Positions 46,752 to 56,718 of a DNA stretch of 64,000 bases are shown in pieces. Below the pieces are notes generated by a model. It was not told the DNA's origin, made no database searches, and worked only from the letters and a program-made list of their open reading frames with translations. The first letter of the stretch is position 1. Each line of letters starts with the position of its first letter. The translations under genes and the position numbers were made by a program. The stretch is from Acidobacteriota bacterium. GTDB taxonomy: Bacteria; Acidobacteriota; UBA890; WLXD01. Location: positions 1,312,001 to 1,376,000 of the forward strand of contig CBDFKD010000002.1 in assembly GCA_965248695.1 (NCBI GenBank). Reading direction: 5' to 3'.

Positions 46752-48500
46752 CTACTGGATACCCGGACCCGAGCTCGCCGCCGTCGGGTCCAGACGCCGC
46801 CGCGCCTCGATGCCGCTTCGCCGAATGAACAGCTCGTGGTCCACGGCTCCGGCCAGCCCCGTGGACGCGAGCTGTTGTCGAGCTCCGTCGGGCCAGAGCA
46901 CCTCGACGGCATCGATGGTCTCACGCCCACCCAGCCCGAAGGTCAGTGTGCGCTCGCTGTGGGAGGCGTACGACGAGCCGGCACGGACCAGTTGCTTCTG
47001 CCGCCAGCCACCGGATTGCACCGTGACCGTGGCACCGATCGCCGCCGTATTGACGGCCGAGTCGCGCAAGGTGATGCGAAGGACGTGTGGCGGATCCGGG
47101 TGGTCACGCGTGGAGCTCAGCAGGACGTACGCGCGGCCGTCGTTGCTGGTCATGACCACATCGAGATCGCCGTCGCGATCCAGATCCGCATGCGCGGCGC
47201 CGCGCCCGACGATGGCGCGGGCCATCGCCTCGCCGGCATGCTCGCCGACCTCTTGCAGCGTGCCGTCGCCGCGGTTCAGGTACAACAGCGGGCGCTGCTC
47301 GTAGCTGATGCTGGCCTCGACCTCGGCGATGCGGTCCTCCAGATGCCCGTTGACGGCAAACAGATCGAGCCAGCCATCCAGATCGTGATCGAAGAAAAAG
47401 AGCCCGAAGGTGAGGAACGGAAAGCTCGACCGACCGACTCCGGCGCGGCCGGCGATGTCGACGAACAGGCCGCCCGGACCCTGCTCGAACAGCCCGATCA
47501 TCTCCTTGCTGAAGTTGCCTATGGCGAGCGCCAGGCTGCCCGTGTTACTCAGGTCGGCCGTATCGATGCCCATTCCGGCCCGCGCCCGGCCGGTCGAATC
47601 GAACGCCATCCCGGACAGCAGCCCCACTTCGGTGAAGGTACCGTCGCCGGCGTTCTCGAACAGAAAGTTGGGCTCGGTATCGTTGGCCACCGCCAAGTCG
47701 GGGCGCCCATCGGCGTTGAAATCGGCCACCGTCACGCCCAGCGATTTGCCGCCCGGCACGAACACTCGAGCCTCGACGCTGACGTCGGTGAAGGTCCCGT
47801 CGCCCTCGTTGCGGTACAGAATCGAGGGTTCCCCCTCGTACGACTCCGGTGTGCAATACGACTTGTTGCGGCCGTCGAGCGAGCACCAGATGTCGTCATC
47901 GGACGTCCACTTGACGTAGTTGGCGACGTAGACGTCGAGATCCCCGTCGAGGTCGTAGTCGAGCCAGGCGGCGGACGTGCTCCAGCCTGGGTGCCCGAGA
48001 CCGGTCGCTTCGGTCACATCGGCGAAGGTGCCGTCGCCGGCGTTCCGGAACATTCGATTGCGGCCATACGCGGTTACCAGCAGATCGGTGTCGCCGTCGC
48101 CGTCGTAGTCGGCCGGGGCGGCTCCGAATCCGTAGAGCGACACCTCCAGCCCCGAACCCGGGGTGATGTTCTCGAACGTGCGGTCTCCGCGGTTCCGATA
48201 CAGCTGCATGGTGGCATCGCGCCAAGCTTCGGGCACGGCCGCCTCGTGTCCGGGCCAGGAGCTCCCCTGAACGAAGAGCATGTCTGTCCAGCCGTCGCCA
48301 TCGGCATCGAACAGCGCCACGCCGGCTCCGAGGCTCTCGGGCATCCATTTCTGTCCGAACGCGCCGCTGATGTGTCGGAAGTCGATCCCCGCCGCCACCG
48401 TGTGGTCCTCGAACTGCGGCGGCTCATCGGCCAGCGGAACGGCCCACGCCGAGGCCGCGGCGGCCGCAGCCAGCAGTGGCAGCCCGAGATGACGCATCAT
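46752..48500 (-). CDS. CRTAC1-like FG-GAP repeat protein with ASPIC/UnbV domain
   Basis: DADGDG/DYDGDGD/DFNADG repeats, GRGAAHADLDRDGDLD, AIGATV..GSSYAS..FGLG..WPDG. Confidence 0.92.
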   Translation of the reverse strand: MMRHLGLPLLAAAAAASAWAVPLADEPPQFEDHTVAAGIDFRHISGAFGQKWMPESLGAGVALFDADGDGWTDMLFVQGSSWPGHEAAVPEAWRDATMQLYRNRGDRTFENITPGSGLEVSLYGFGAAPADYDGDGDTDLLVTAYGRNRMFRNAGDGTFADVTEATGLGHPGWSTSAAWLDYDLDGDLDVYVANYVKWTSDDDIWCSLDGRNKSYCTPESYEGEPSILYRNEGDGTFTDVSVEARVFVPGGKSLGVTVADFNADGRPDLAVANDTEPNFLFENAGDGTFTEVGLLSGMAFDSTGRARAGMGIDTADLSNTGSLALAIGNFSKEMIGLFEQGPGGLFVDIAGRAGVGRSSFPFLTFGLFFFDHDLDGWLDLFAVNGHLEDRIAEVEASISYEQRPLLYLNRGDGTLQEVGEHAGEAMARAIVGRGAAHADLDRDGDLDVVMTSNDGRAYVLLSSTRDHPDPPHVLRITLRDSAVNTAAIGATVTVQSGGWRQKQLVRAGSSYASHSERTLTFGLGGRETIDAVEVLWPDGARQQLASTGLAGAVDHELFIRRSGIEARRRLDPTAASSGPGIQ

Positions 48501-50980
48501 CGCTCACCGTTGCGATCGACGCGGCGCCACGGCGGTGTCGGTCCGGGGAACTCCTGCGCCGGGCGGAAGCGGCTCCCGCCTTCGAGCCAATCGGTCCACG
48601 GATCGCGCTCGGGAGCACTGAACCAGTCCGAGACCGCCGCGAGCTCGTGGAAGTGAATGGGCTGCGCCTCGTTGTTGGCGTGCGGGTGCTCGCGCTTGTA
48701 CGGGCCGGTGAGCTGCCGGATATCCTCGTCGTCGCGATAGCGCAGGTAGCGTGTCTCGTGAACTCGGGCCTTGGCGTCGTCGCCCAGGGCGCGATACGTG
48801 AGCATCAGGTTGTAGTGCGCTCCGAGCTCCTCGGGGTCGATCTGATCGAGCACGAACAGCAGGCTGCGGATGGCGTCGTCATAGCGTCCTAGCAGGTAGT
48901 ACACGTTGCCGAGATCGAGCTGCACGACCCGGTCGTACTGAAACTCCGCCGCCACCCGCTCGAGCAGCTCTGCGGCGCGCTCGTACTCGCCGAAGCCGCG
49001 CGCTGCCTGGGCCCGGAAATACGCCGCCTTGAAGTACCCTGGCTCGAGCGCCTCGGCCCGTTCGAGCACCGCCTCCACCGCGGCCAGGTTGCCTTCGCGT
49101 AGATGAGCTCGGGCTTCGTTGACGAAGCCATCGGCATAGTCCGGCGCCACCTTCTGTACAACCCGAAACGCTTCCAGGGCAGCACGCGAGTCTCCCTGTC
49201 GCAGGAGACCGATGCCGTAGTCGTTGAAGCGCATCCAATCGTCGGGACCCGGCGTCGGCGTGCTCGGTGCGGCGTCGGCGGCGGTCGAGCTTATAGCCAG
49301 CCGTAGCTCCGCCTCGTTGAGGATCACGGTCGGCAGATCGACCACCTTCGTGTCGTCATAGATCCATTGGCGGGTGTCGACCTGCGGCAAGCTGACCGCG
49401 TCGGCCGGCTGTTCTTCTGCCGCAACCGCCCCCAGCGCCCAGCGGTTGTACGCCTGCTTGTGCTTGCGGTAGTTGAGGCGAGCCCGCAGCCGCAGCGTTC
49501 CGGTGGCGTCACCCGGAACGGTAAATCGGTAGTGCACCGTGTCGGCGGCGCCCGGCGGGATCGCCCGCACGTACACCGGCGCGCGTCGATCCCAACCGTT
49601 GCGCTTGTCGAGCTCTTGCCCCGCCTCGTCGAGGAACAGGCCTCGGTAGAAGTGCGAGCTCGGATCGACATAGCGGCCCTGGTTCATGCCGCCGGACATC
49701 AGCAGTGGCTTGCCGGTGTCGTCGAGGAGGCTCACCTCGAGCCAGCTCATGTTGCTGTCAGTGGTGCCGCCGGTGAACTGGTGCCCCACGCCACGCGTGC
49801 GTACGACGATCTCGACGCCGATCTGCTCGCCGGGAGCCACTTCCAGGTCGGCGGCGTCCACCGGGGCAATCAGCGGGGTCATCTCCCCCGGGGGCCCCCG
49901 ACGTAGTGCGAAGATGTCGACCGTTACCTGGTCGCTTTGCAGAAACTCCACTGTGGCGCGCAGCTGCGCCGCGTAGCCGAGTACCGCCGGCAGCGCCGTG
50001 TTCGTGCCCAGGAACCGATGTGAGTTGACCAACCCGGCGTCGTTGCCGGCGTCGTTCGAGGGCACCTCGGGCATGTGACAGTCCTGGCATTGCAGCGGCG
50101 CCTCCGGGTAGTAGAACGAGCGCGCCGATCCCCCTGAGATACCGCTCGCCTGCCAGCCGTCGTACTCATCGAATCCACGCAGCCATTTGTAGTTGTTCAC
50201 CGGCGTGATCAGGCTCTGCTTGTGGCAGGTGCCGCAAAACAGCGACAACGAGTGGAACGGACTACGACGCCGGGCGCTGTGGCGTCGGATCAGCGCCGGA
50301 TCGGCCAGCAGCTCGTCGTTCCCGCGGCGTCTCAGATCAGGGTCGGTGGTACCCGCGTAGGGCAACGCCGCGGCCGGCGCCAGGCGATAGGAGCCGTTGG
50401 CGCGTGCCGAATGCACCCGATCGACGCTGTGACAAAACTGACACGAGATGCCGATATTGGCTCCGGCGCCCTCGAAATCAATCGGCTCGTTTCCCTGCAT
50501 CTTGCCGGTCATCATCAGCGCCGGATCGTGGCACCCGCCGCACCATTGCGAGGCGCGCACACCCGACCGCTCCTGGAAGAATTTCACCGTACGGCGGTAC
50601 CAGGGATCCGTCATCGAGGCGAGGTGGTGCGTCGACTCGAACCACATGTCGTAGATATCGGGATGGCAGCCGGCGTCGCCGCAGCGCTCGACGTCCATCA
50701 GCTGCTGCTGCGAATAAAAGCCCTGAGAGCGCGTCGTGGCCGATGACGGATAGAACGGTGAGTCGCGATCCAGCGGCAGCTCGGTGAACCGATAGCCCTC
50801 AACATGCGGACCCGCCTCGAAGTACGACGGGAACTGGGTCGGGTCGCGGTATTCCTCTTGCTGCGCCCCGGTGGCGGTTGCCCAGACCAGCGATAGCAGG
50901 CCAACCGGGGCGACGGCTGCCAGCGTCACGAGGAGCAGGCGCAGCGGCAACAGATCGGAGCGTGTCGAATGGCCGGCCAT
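48497..50980 (-). CDS. Multiheme cytochrome c with C-terminal TPRs
   Basis: CGDAGCH, CGGCH, CQFCH, CGTCH, CQDCH; TPRs from RFNDYGIGLL. Confidence 0.88.
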   Translation of the reverse strand: MAGHSTRSDLLPLRLLLVTLAAVAPVGLLSLVWATATGAQQEEYRDPTQFPSYFEAGPHVEGYRFTELPLDRDSPFYPSSATTRSQGFYSQQQLMDVERCGDAGCHPDIYDMWFESTHHLASMTDPWYRRTVKFFQERSGVRASQWCGGCHDPALMMTGKMQGNEPIDFEGAGANIGISCQFCHSVDRVHSARANGSYRLAPAAALPYAGTTDPDLRRRGNDELLADPALIRRHSARRRSPFHSLSLFCGTCHKQSLITPVNNYKWLRGFDEYDGWQASGISGGSARSFYYPEAPLQCQDCHMPEVPSNDAGNDAGLVNSHRFLGTNTALPAVLGYAAQLRATVEFLQSDQVTVDIFALRRGPPGEMTPLIAPVDAADLEVAPGEQIGVEIVVRTRGVGHQFTGGTTDSNMSWLEVSLLDDTGKPLLMSGGMNQGRYVDPSSHFYRGLFLDEAGQELDKRNGWDRRAPVYVRAIPPGAADTVHYRFTVPGDATGTLRLRARLNYRKHKQAYNRWALGAVAAEEQPADAVSLPQVDTRQWIYDDTKVVDLPTVILNEAELRLAISSTAADAAPSTPTPGPDDWMRFNDYGIGLLRQGDSRAALEAFRVVQKVAPDYADGFVNEARAHLREGNLAAVEAVLERAEALEPGYFKAAYFRAQAARGFGEYERAAELLERVAAEFQYDRVVQLDLGNVYYLLGRYDDAIRSLLFVLDQIDPEELGAHYNLMLTYRALGDDAKARVHETRYLRYRDDEDIRQLTGPYKREHPHANNEAQPIHFHELAAVSDWFSAPERDPWTDWLEGGSRFRPAQEFPGPTPPWRRVDRNGER

Positions 50981-51013
50981 GATGCCTTAACTATGCCACG
51001 CGGCGTAGCGCGC

Positions 51014-51394
51014 CTACGGTCGTCGAACTGCCGCGATGAGCGCCTCCATGTGCGCCAGGTAGCGCTCCAGCGCCCGTCGTCCGGGGGCGGTGAGTCGATA
51101 CTGTGTACGCGGTACACGCCCGATGAATTTCTTGGCGCAGGCGATGTAGCCAGCGTCTTCGAGCTTGCGCGCGTGCACGCTGAGGTTGCCGTCGCTCAGC
51201 TCGAGCAGCTGCTTGAGCTCGTTGAAGCTCAGGGCGTCGTTCACCGCCAACGCGCTGACGATCGACAGGCGCACGGGTTGATGGATTACCCGGTCGACCT
51301 GTGTAGCCGTGTCGACGCCCCCATCCAGCAGCGCCGGGGGCGCCGCCGCGACCGGTTCGCGGCTCGAGCGCACACGTTTTCGCTTCGCCTTCAT
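51014..51394 (-). CDS. Winged-helix transcriptional regulator
   Basis: IHQPVRLSIVSAL, SDGNLSVHARKLEDAGY, PRTQYRLT. Confidence 0.9.
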   Translation of the reverse strand: MKAKRKRVRSSREPVAAAPPALLDGGVDTATQVDRVIHQPVRLSIVSALAVNDALSFNELKQLLELSDGNLSVHARKLEDAGYIACAKKFIGRVPRTQYRLTAPGRRALERYLAHMEALIAAVRRP

Positions 51395-51408
51395 GATGCC
51401 TCCCTGGG

Positions 51409-51984
51409 TCAGCCGCCGTAGCGACGGACGATGATCAGTCCCGACAGCACATGCAGCAGGCCGAAGCCAGCTCCCATGAGCGCATTGCCAATCGACAGCG
51501 GTGCGAACGCGGCAAGCCCGCCCAGCACCATGAACGCCATGCCCATCATCGGCACCAGACGAACGGAAAAGACACCTCCCACGACCGTCGCGGTCCCGTA
51601 GAGCGTCAACCATACGGCCGGCAGCGCCGAGTAGGTCTGACGCTCGATCATGGCGGCGGTCAGGATGGCACCGGCGATGATGGGCGTTGCCAGGCAACCG
51701 ACGAACAAGCGGGCGGTGCCCGAGTAGAGGTCCACGCCGGCGGCACTGGCCTTCTGCCACATGGCAATCGCCCCGACGGGGACGGCAACACCGGCAGCGG
51801 AGAGCCAAACCAGCACGAATTGCCGCGGATCGGGTGTGCGTGCCGCCACCAGCGCCGCAGTGAGCCCTACGGCACCCATGGCAACGCCTCCCCAGCCCGG
51901 CAGCGCGGTGAACGACGCGGCGCGATCCATGGCGACGCGGATCACCCGCAGGTGCTCCTCCGCTCTTGCCTGTAAGGAATCCAT
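51409..51984 (-). CDS. Hypothetical membrane protein
   Basis: AEEHLRVIR..FTALPGWG; 6 TM; GFGLLHVLSG. Confidence 0.8.
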   Translation of the reverse strand: MDSLQARAEEHLRVIRVAMDRAASFTALPGWGGVAMGAVGLTAALVAARTPDPRQFVLVWLSAAGVAVPVGAIAMWQKASAAGVDLYSGTARLFVGCLATPIIAGAILTAAMIERQTYSALPAVWLTLYGTATVVGGVFSVRLVPMMGMAFMVLGGLAAFAPLSIGNALMGAGFGLLHVLSGLIIVRRYGG

Positions 51985-52117
51985 GCGTCAGCCGTGGTTA
52001 TTCGTTCTGTTGAGTGCTTTGCTTGACAATGTTACCGGATACCGTCCGGCCACGAGACCGCCACCGGCGGCTTGCATTGTGACGTCGGTGGTTGACGCGA
52101 AGTAGTATCCCTCCCCT

Positions 52118-53815
52118 ATGCATGATGACTTGTCGGCACAGCCGTATCTGATGTTCCGGGATCCGGACGGCAACATGACCCGGGTGGCGCTGGAGAACCT
52201 GCCGCTCACCCTCGGCCGCCGGAGCACGAACGAAGTACAGGTGCTCGATCCGACCGTGTCGCGCGACCACGCCCGCTTGCTACGCGACGACAAGGAGTTC
52301 GTCATTGAAGACCTGGGCAGCACGCACGGCACGTTCGTGAACCAGCAACGCGTCCAGCGGCATGTGCTGGGCCCGAACGATCGAATCCGCCTCGGTGGGG
52401 CCACCAATCACCTGCTCACCTTCCGCTCGGGCGGCGAGTTCACGATGATGATCGGTACCACCGGCAAGGCGACGACGGCGGAGGGCGAAGACGCTGCGGT
52501 CGCAACCTCACGCCAGGACAGCACACGGAACCTCGAGGCGCTGCTCGAGATCAGCAAGGCACTGAACTCGTCGTTGCGCCTCAACGACGTGCTCGAGAAA
52601 GTGATGGACGCGGTGATCGCCCTCACCGAGGGTGAGCGTTGCATGATGCTGTTGGGCAGCGAAGCCGACGCGCTCGAGATCGCCGCCCAGCGCAGCCTCG
52701 CCAACGACAAGTCGCTGGCGACCAAGTACAGCCAGAGCGTCGTGAACGCCGTCTACGGCAATGGCCAGGCGCAGATTCTCACCGACGTGGCCGAGGACGA
52801 GCACTTCAGCGCCCAGCAGAGCATCGTCGGGTTGCACCTGCGAACCGTCATGTGTGTGCCCTTGCGACTGTCGCACTTCGCTCGCGACGTGGATTCGGAT
52901 CTGGGCGACTTCCAGACCGCTTCGGACGACGACGGCGAACGGATCCTCGGGGTCCTGTACGTCGATCGTCGCTCGCCCACGCGCAACTTCGGCGACCAGG
53001 ACCTTTCGATGCTCGAGTCGTTCGCGAGTCATGCCGCGATCGCCATCGACAATGCCCGTCTGTACGAAGAAGCGCTCGAGAAGCGCAAGATGGAGGACGA
53101 GCTGCGGGTGGCCAATCGCATCCAGCGCAGCCTGTTGCTCTCCGATTTCCCGGAGTCGGATTGGTACGAAGTACACGCCCTCAACGTCCCCTCACGCGGC
53201 GTCGGGGGCGACTACTACGAGTTCTTCGAGACACAGTTCGGCACCCTGGGGTTTGCCGTCGGGGACGTCTCCGGCAAGGGCATTCCGGCTGCCATGCTGA
53301 TGGCGACGCTGCAGGCGGCGTTTCTGGCCGCCATTCAAGCCTCGGAGGATCTGGCGTTCGTCTGCAGCCACGTGAACAACTTCCTCGTCGAGCGCACCTC
53401 GCCCGAGCGTTATGCGACGTTCTTCGTCGGTTTGCTCCGACCCGATGGACAGCTGCAGTTCATCAATGCCGGGCACAACCCCCCGCTGCTGGTTCGCGGC
53501 GATGCGGAGCCACAGCGGTTGATGGGCGGCGGCATGCCCCTGGGGCTGTTCGCGGACCGTGACTACGAGATACAGACAACGGAGCTGATCGCCGACGATG
53601 TCGTCGTGGTGTTCTCGGACGGCGTCACGGAAGCCAACAACCCCGCTGAGGAGGAGTTCAGCGAGGAGGCGCTGGCAACCGTCGTGGTAGCCGAGCGCAA
53701 GCAAAGCGCCGACGGCATGGGGAAGGCGGTGTTCGACGCCGTGGCGGAGTTCAGCGCCGGTGCCCCACAGCACGACGACCTCACGCTGATGATCGTCAAG
53801 CACAACGCGAGTTGA
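52118..53815 (+). CDS. FHA-GAF-PP2C (SpoIIE/RsbU-like) phosphatase
   Basis: LGR..VSRDHA..DLGSTHGT; GAF; VGGDYY, DVSGKG, NAGHNPP, SDGVTE, DDLT. Confidence 0.93.
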   Translation: MHDDLSAQPYLMFRDPDGNMTRVALENLPLTLGRRSTNEVQVLDPTVSRDHARLLRDDKEFVIEDLGSTHGTFVNQQRVQRHVLGPNDRIRLGGATNHLLTFRSGGEFTMMIGTTGKATTAEGEDAAVATSRQDSTRNLEALLEISKALNSSLRLNDVLEKVMDAVIALTEGERCMMLLGSEADALEIAAQRSLANDKSLATKYSQSVVNAVYGNGQAQILTDVAEDEHFSAQQSIVGLHLRTVMCVPLRLSHFARDVDSDLGDFQTASDDDGERILGVLYVDRRSPTRNFGDQDLSMLESFASHAAIAIDNARLYEEALEKRKMEDELRVANRIQRSLLLSDFPESDWYEVHALNVPSRGVGGDYYEFFETQFGTLGFAVGDVSGKGIPAAMLMATLQAAFLAAIQASEDLAFVCSHVNNFLVERTSPERYATFFVGLLRPDGQLQFINAGHNPPLLVRGDAEPQRLMGGGMPLGLFADRDYEIQTTELIADDVVVVFSDGVTEANNPAEEEFSEEALATVVVAERKQSADGMGKAVFDAVAEFSAGAPQHDDLTLMIVKHNAS

Positions 53816-54309
53816 TGCGCCGTTCGGTCGACGGTCGGGGCGAGGCTCTCGCCATCGCCGCCGACGAGAGCGCGCAGCTTCGTCGGATGGTCGAGGGCGA
53901 CCTGGACGCCATTCTCGCGATCGAAGCCGAGAGCTTCGCCGCCCCCTGGCCGCGATCGGCGTTCGAGCTGGCGATGACCGCCCCCGAGTTGCTCTGCCTG
54001 GTGGCGGACGCAGAAACCGTCGCCGGCTACCTGATCGCCTGTCCCGATCGCCAGGACGCTCTGATCGCCAACGTCGCTGTGGCTAGCGCCCAGCGGCACC
54101 ACGGCTACGGACGACAGCTCATCGAGGCGGCGCTGCGGTGGGCCACAGGCCGCAACGCCACTAGCTGCCGGCTCGACGTGCGGATGTCGAACAAAGCGGC
54201 ACAGCGCCTCTACGAGCGCCTCGGCTTTCGTCCGGTCGGTCGGCGGCGCGGCTACTATCCGAACCCGCGCGAAGACGCCCTCACGATGGTGCGGGTACTG
54301 GACACCTGA
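53815..54309 (+). CDS. rimI: RimI-like N-acetyltransferase
   Basis: IANVAV..GYG, LDVRMSNKAAQRLY..GF..RRGYY..EDAL. Confidence 0.85.
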   Translation: MRRSVDGRGEALAIAADESAQLRRMVEGDLDAILAIEAESFAAPWPRSAFELAMTAPELLCLVADAETVAGYLIACPDRQDALIANVAVASAQRHHGYGRQLIEAALRWATGRNATSCRLDVRMSNKAAQRLYERLGFRPVGRRRGYYPNPREDALTMVRVLDT

Positions 54310-54346
54310 TCGCAGACGGCAGCGCCGACCAGTGGTCAGCTACAAG

Positions 54347-55648
54347 CTATTCGTCTGTTTCTGCAACGCCACAGAATCGCATCGCGGTGATGCACAGCGT
54401 CCGCGCCAGGGTCTGCAAGTCCTGCAGCGGCACGAACTCGTCGGGCCCGTGCGCCTGACGCACATCGCCGGCACCGAACATCACGGTGGGAATACCCGCC
54501 ACATTCACCAGAAGCCGCATGTCGGCTCCGTAGGTCATGCCTTCGAGCACCGCGTGTTGCTGGCTCACGGCGTGATAGGCGTCGGCCACCGCTGCGGCGA
54601 TCGGTGCCTTCGGGTCGATCTCGGCCGGATGGAACTGTCCGCCCCACCACTCCAGGCTCGGCGGGTGCTCGGCCAGCCACGGATCGCGCTCACCGAGCGC
54701 TGCAAGCGCCGCTTCGAATTCGGCGCGCGCCGACTCCAGGCTCTCGCCTGGAGCGATTCCGTAGCGTCCCTCCACCTGCAACCAGTCCGGAACCGACGAT
54801 GGCCAATCTCCCGCCTCGACGCGGCCTACGGAGAGTGGGAACGGGATGTCGTAGGCTTCAAACAGCGGGTTGTCGTAGCGTTCCGTGCGCCGCTGCTCCA
54901 GCGCTCGCAGGGCTGACAGCAACGGCGCTAGCTTGTCGACGGCGCTGACGCCTTCGGCGCGCATGCAGGCATGGGCCGAGAGTCCTTTGAGCCGGATTCG
55001 GAAGTTCAGCGCACCGGCGTGCGTCGTCGCGATCCGCATCCGGGTGGGCTCCATGATGACCGCCGCGTCGGCCACGTGGCCACGCTCGATCGCGGCCAGG
55101 GTCCCGGTACCGCCGTCCTCCTCACCAACCACCGGTGTCACCAGCAGTCGACCCTGCAACCGCACCCCGGCGTCCACCAGAGCCTTGGCGGCGCACATCG
55201 CGGCACAGACGCCGCCCTTCATGTCGACCGCGCCGCGCCCGTACACTGCTCCGTCGCGCACGGTGGCGCGCCACGGCGGCGTGCTCCAGTCCGTTTCGTC
55301 GCCCGCGCCGACGACATCGAGATGGCCGTTGAACAGCAGCGACGGGCCGGAGTCGGCGCCCAGCCGGCCGACAACGCCGAGCGCGGACTCGCGCTCGATC
55401 TCCTCGCAGAAGTACGGGTGTTGGCGCAGGGTGTCGAGATCGATCGACCACGTATCGACGTCCAGACCGGCACCGACCATGAAGTCGGCCGCCATCTGCT
55501 GCGCCGGCGACTCCTGTCCTCCGACGCTTCGTACCTGCACCAGGCGATCGAGGAGCTCGATCATGGCGTCGAAGTCCAGCGCCGCGAGCGCGCTCTGCTC
55601 TGACGGCGTCAGGGGCTGTTGCTGCACCGGGACAAGCGGTGTGCTCAC
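54347..55648 (-). CDS. M20 ArgE/DapE-family deacylase
   Basis: NGHLDVV, GRGAVDMKGG, GEEDGG, GDWPSSVPD, AHGPDE; GTGA overlap with upstream gene. Confidence 0.9.
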   Translation of the reverse strand: MSTPLVPVQQQPLTPSEQSALAALDFDAMIELLDRLVQVRSVGGQESPAQQMAADFMVGAGLDVDTWSIDLDTLRQHPYFCEEIERESALGVVGRLGADSGPSLLFNGHLDVVGAGDETDWSTPPWRATVRDGAVYGRGAVDMKGGVCAAMCAAKALVDAGVRLQGRLLVTPVVGEEDGGTGTLAAIERGHVADAAVIMEPTRMRIATTHAGALNFRIRLKGLSAHACMRAEGVSAVDKLAPLLSALRALEQRRTERYDNPLFEAYDIPFPLSVGRVEAGDWPSSVPDWLQVEGRYGIAPGESLESARAEFEAALAALGERDPWLAEHPPSLEWWGGQFHPAEIDPKAPIAAAVADAYHAVSQQHAVLEGMTYGADMRLLVNVAGIPTVMFGAGDVRQAHGPDEFVPLQDLQTLARTLCITAMRFCGVAETDE

Positions 55649-56547
55649 GAGTCGGTTCGCAGCACCGGGCGGGTCAGGCAGGTGGCGCCGCCCTCTGCCT
55701 TCAGCGACACCTCGCGTCCGCGATAGGTGAGCACATCGCAACCGGCGGCCTCGAGACGCATGCGCGTCTGCTTGTTGTCTTCCAGCATCACGCAGCGACG
55801 CGGCGCCAGAGCCAGGACGTTGGGACCCTGGGTGGCAAACTCGGCCTCCGGCACGGGCACGATCTCGATCGCCCGATCGCGCAACAGCCGCCAGAAAGGA
55901 ATCGGCAGCAGTGGCTCAAAAGCCACCGCCAGATCGTCGTCGAGCATGCTGATCAACGACATCAGATGCAGGCAGGCGTCGGCACCCTCGTGGAACGGCA
56001 AAGGCACCGGGACGCAGGTAACGCCGATCGGCCCCAGGATCGATTCGAGCTGGCGCAGGCCCTCGGCGTTGGTGCGAAAGCCCTGACCTACCGCCAGGGT
56101 GTCGTGATCGATCCACAGAAGATCTCCCCCTTCCCCCGTTGCCGTCCCCGACAATCGACCGAGGATCGGTACGCCAGCCTCCTCGAGGGTCGCCGCCAGG
56201 GGCTCCTCTTCACCGCGCCGCAGCGATTTGCCCATGCGCAACACAACGGTCCCGTGATCGGTGACCAGCACTGGATCGTGCACGAAGATGGCGTCAGCCA
56301 GCCCGTCGGCCGGACGCTGGTGGTCGATCAGCTCAGCGCCATGCTGCAGCAGAATCTCGGCCAGCGCCTCGTGCTCGGCGCGTGCTCCGGCGAGATCGGG
56401 TGCGTCGGCGTAGTGCCAGATCGACGGGTCGGCGTTGGCGAATGTCTCGTCGGGCGAGCGTACCGCGACCCGGCGCAACGACGCGACCATGCTCTGCGAG
56501 CCGTACTGACGACGGATCGCGGTAACTTCCGGCGCCTCCGAGTGCAT
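55645..56547 (-). CDS. Amidinotransferase / DDAH / arginine deiminase family protein
   Basis: DAIFVHDP, RRGE, EGGD, RTN, LHLMS, GGATCLT. Confidence 0.9.
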   Translation of the reverse strand: MHSEAPEVTAIRRQYGSQSMVASLRRVAVRSPDETFANADPSIWHYADAPDLAGARAEHEALAEILLQHGAELIDHQRPADGLADAIFVHDPVLVTDHGTVVLRMGKSLRRGEEEPLAATLEEAGVPILGRLSGTATGEGGDLLWIDHDTLAVGQGFRTNAEGLRQLESILGPIGVTCVPVPLPFHEGADACLHLMSLISMLDDDLAVAFEPLLPIPFWRLLRDRAIEIVPVPEAEFATQGPNVLALAPRRCVMLEDNKQTRMRLEAAGCDVLTYRGREVSLKAEGGATCLTRPVLRTDS

Positions 56548-56718
56548 TCGACGTCCCTCTCTGTCAGTCCCGGCCCGCCGCCGTCCACGGCCTATGACAG
56601 TGGCTCGACACCAGCGGCCAACGGTGGCCTGGGCGGCGCCCTGGTTATCAGCGTTGGCGCCAGCGACTGGTAGCGTACCCCAGGTATCGACCCTCAACGA
56701 GATTCGTCGGAGCCCACC

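Noticed and set aside
46293-48656. 787-aa plus-strand ORF
   Set aside because: Antisense shadow of the ASPIC and MFP genes, typical of high-GC DNA, with no recognisable motifs
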